In this document: in pieces, positions 35,760 through 36,184 of the stretch | Numbering within the stretch: the first letter of the stretch is position 1 | How the letters are laid out: each line of letters begins with the position of its first letter | Source: Clostridia bacterium | GTDB lineage: Bacteria > Bacillota > Clostridia > HGM11514 | NCBI GenBank assembly: GCA_045586685.1 | Contig: JAZNAU010000022.1 | Span: 1-36,184 of the forward strand | Length of the DNA: 36,184 nt | Direction of reading: 5' to 3' | The notes under the pieces: model-generated | What the model was told of the DNA's origin: nothing | Seen by the model: the letters and a program-made list of their open reading frames with translations, nothing else | The model's database searches: none | Position numbers and translations under genes: made by a program

Positions 35760-36184
35760 TCAGCCTTTAATAAATTTATCCATTAAAGTATAGCCAGTTT
35801 CTATATATTCACCTTTTTTTCCATTTTGTTCAGTATATGAAAGACCGCAATTTTTCGGTGCATTACTGCGGTATATTGCATAAGGTACAGGGTCTGACGT
35901 ATGTGTACCAATATCTATCGGCGTAGGGTGGTCGGGCATTATTAAAAATGCAAAATCCTCACCACTTTTCACCAAAGCATCATATACAGGCCCTACAACC
36001 TTTTCGTCAATCAATTCTATAGAAAGTTTTTTTGCTTCCTCGTCAAAATGATGTCCGCTTTCGTCAGGTGCCTCCATATGTATATATACAAAATCATTTC
36101 TCTTAAGTGCTTCTATTGCTGCCGCTGCCTTTCCGTCAAAGTTGGAATCTACGTTACCTGTTGCACCTTCAACATCAATATTTT
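35760..36184 (-). CDS. Cofactor-independent phosphoglycerate mutase (ApgM family), 5'-truncated
   Basis: Frame is open to the window end: VEGATG..DSNFDGKA..DFVYIHMEAPDESGH, PDHPTP, THTSDPVP. Confidence 0.88.
   Translation of the reverse strand, partial: NIDVEGATGNVDSNFDGKAAAAIEALKRNDFVYIHMEAPDESGHHFDEEAKKLSIELIDEKVVGPVYDALVKSGEDFAFLIMPDHPTPIDIGTHTSDPVPYAIYRSNAPKNCGLSYTEQNGKKGEYIETGYTLMDKFIKG

Overview
This is a 36 kb contig segment from a low-GC Clostridia-type (Bacillota) bacterium, probably metagenome-assembled. The first 180 nt are a sequencing artefact: a complete MGI/BGI DNBSEQ adapter with barcode sits between two copies of the same 96-nt insert and gives pncB a false N-terminus. The left ~25 kb is housekeeping: pncB, RluA synthase, L10-leader-rplJL, LTA synthase, uracil permease, mltG, rpsB-tsf followed by a decayed IS3 element, small alarmone synthetase, malQ, nusB-xseAB-ispA, ECF-S/metF/split metH, tRNA-Glu, histidine phosphatase and SulP. 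From ~25.4 kb codon usage shifts visibly. This right part carries (i) an XRE helix-turn-helix fused in frame to a complete Fe-S L-serine dehydratase, with a candidate palindromic operator, and (ii) a poorly characterised module: VTC-type polyphosphate polymerase domain, DUF4956 membrane protein, disordered membrane-anchored secreted protein, CotH-family extracellular kinase, then an OmpR/histidine-kinase pair. It ends with an AraC regulator, ddl, flavin reductase-rubredoxin and a partial ApgM-type mutase. Candidate unannotated RNA structures lie in the rplJ and uracil-permease leaders. All family assignments come from motif recognition, not from database searches.
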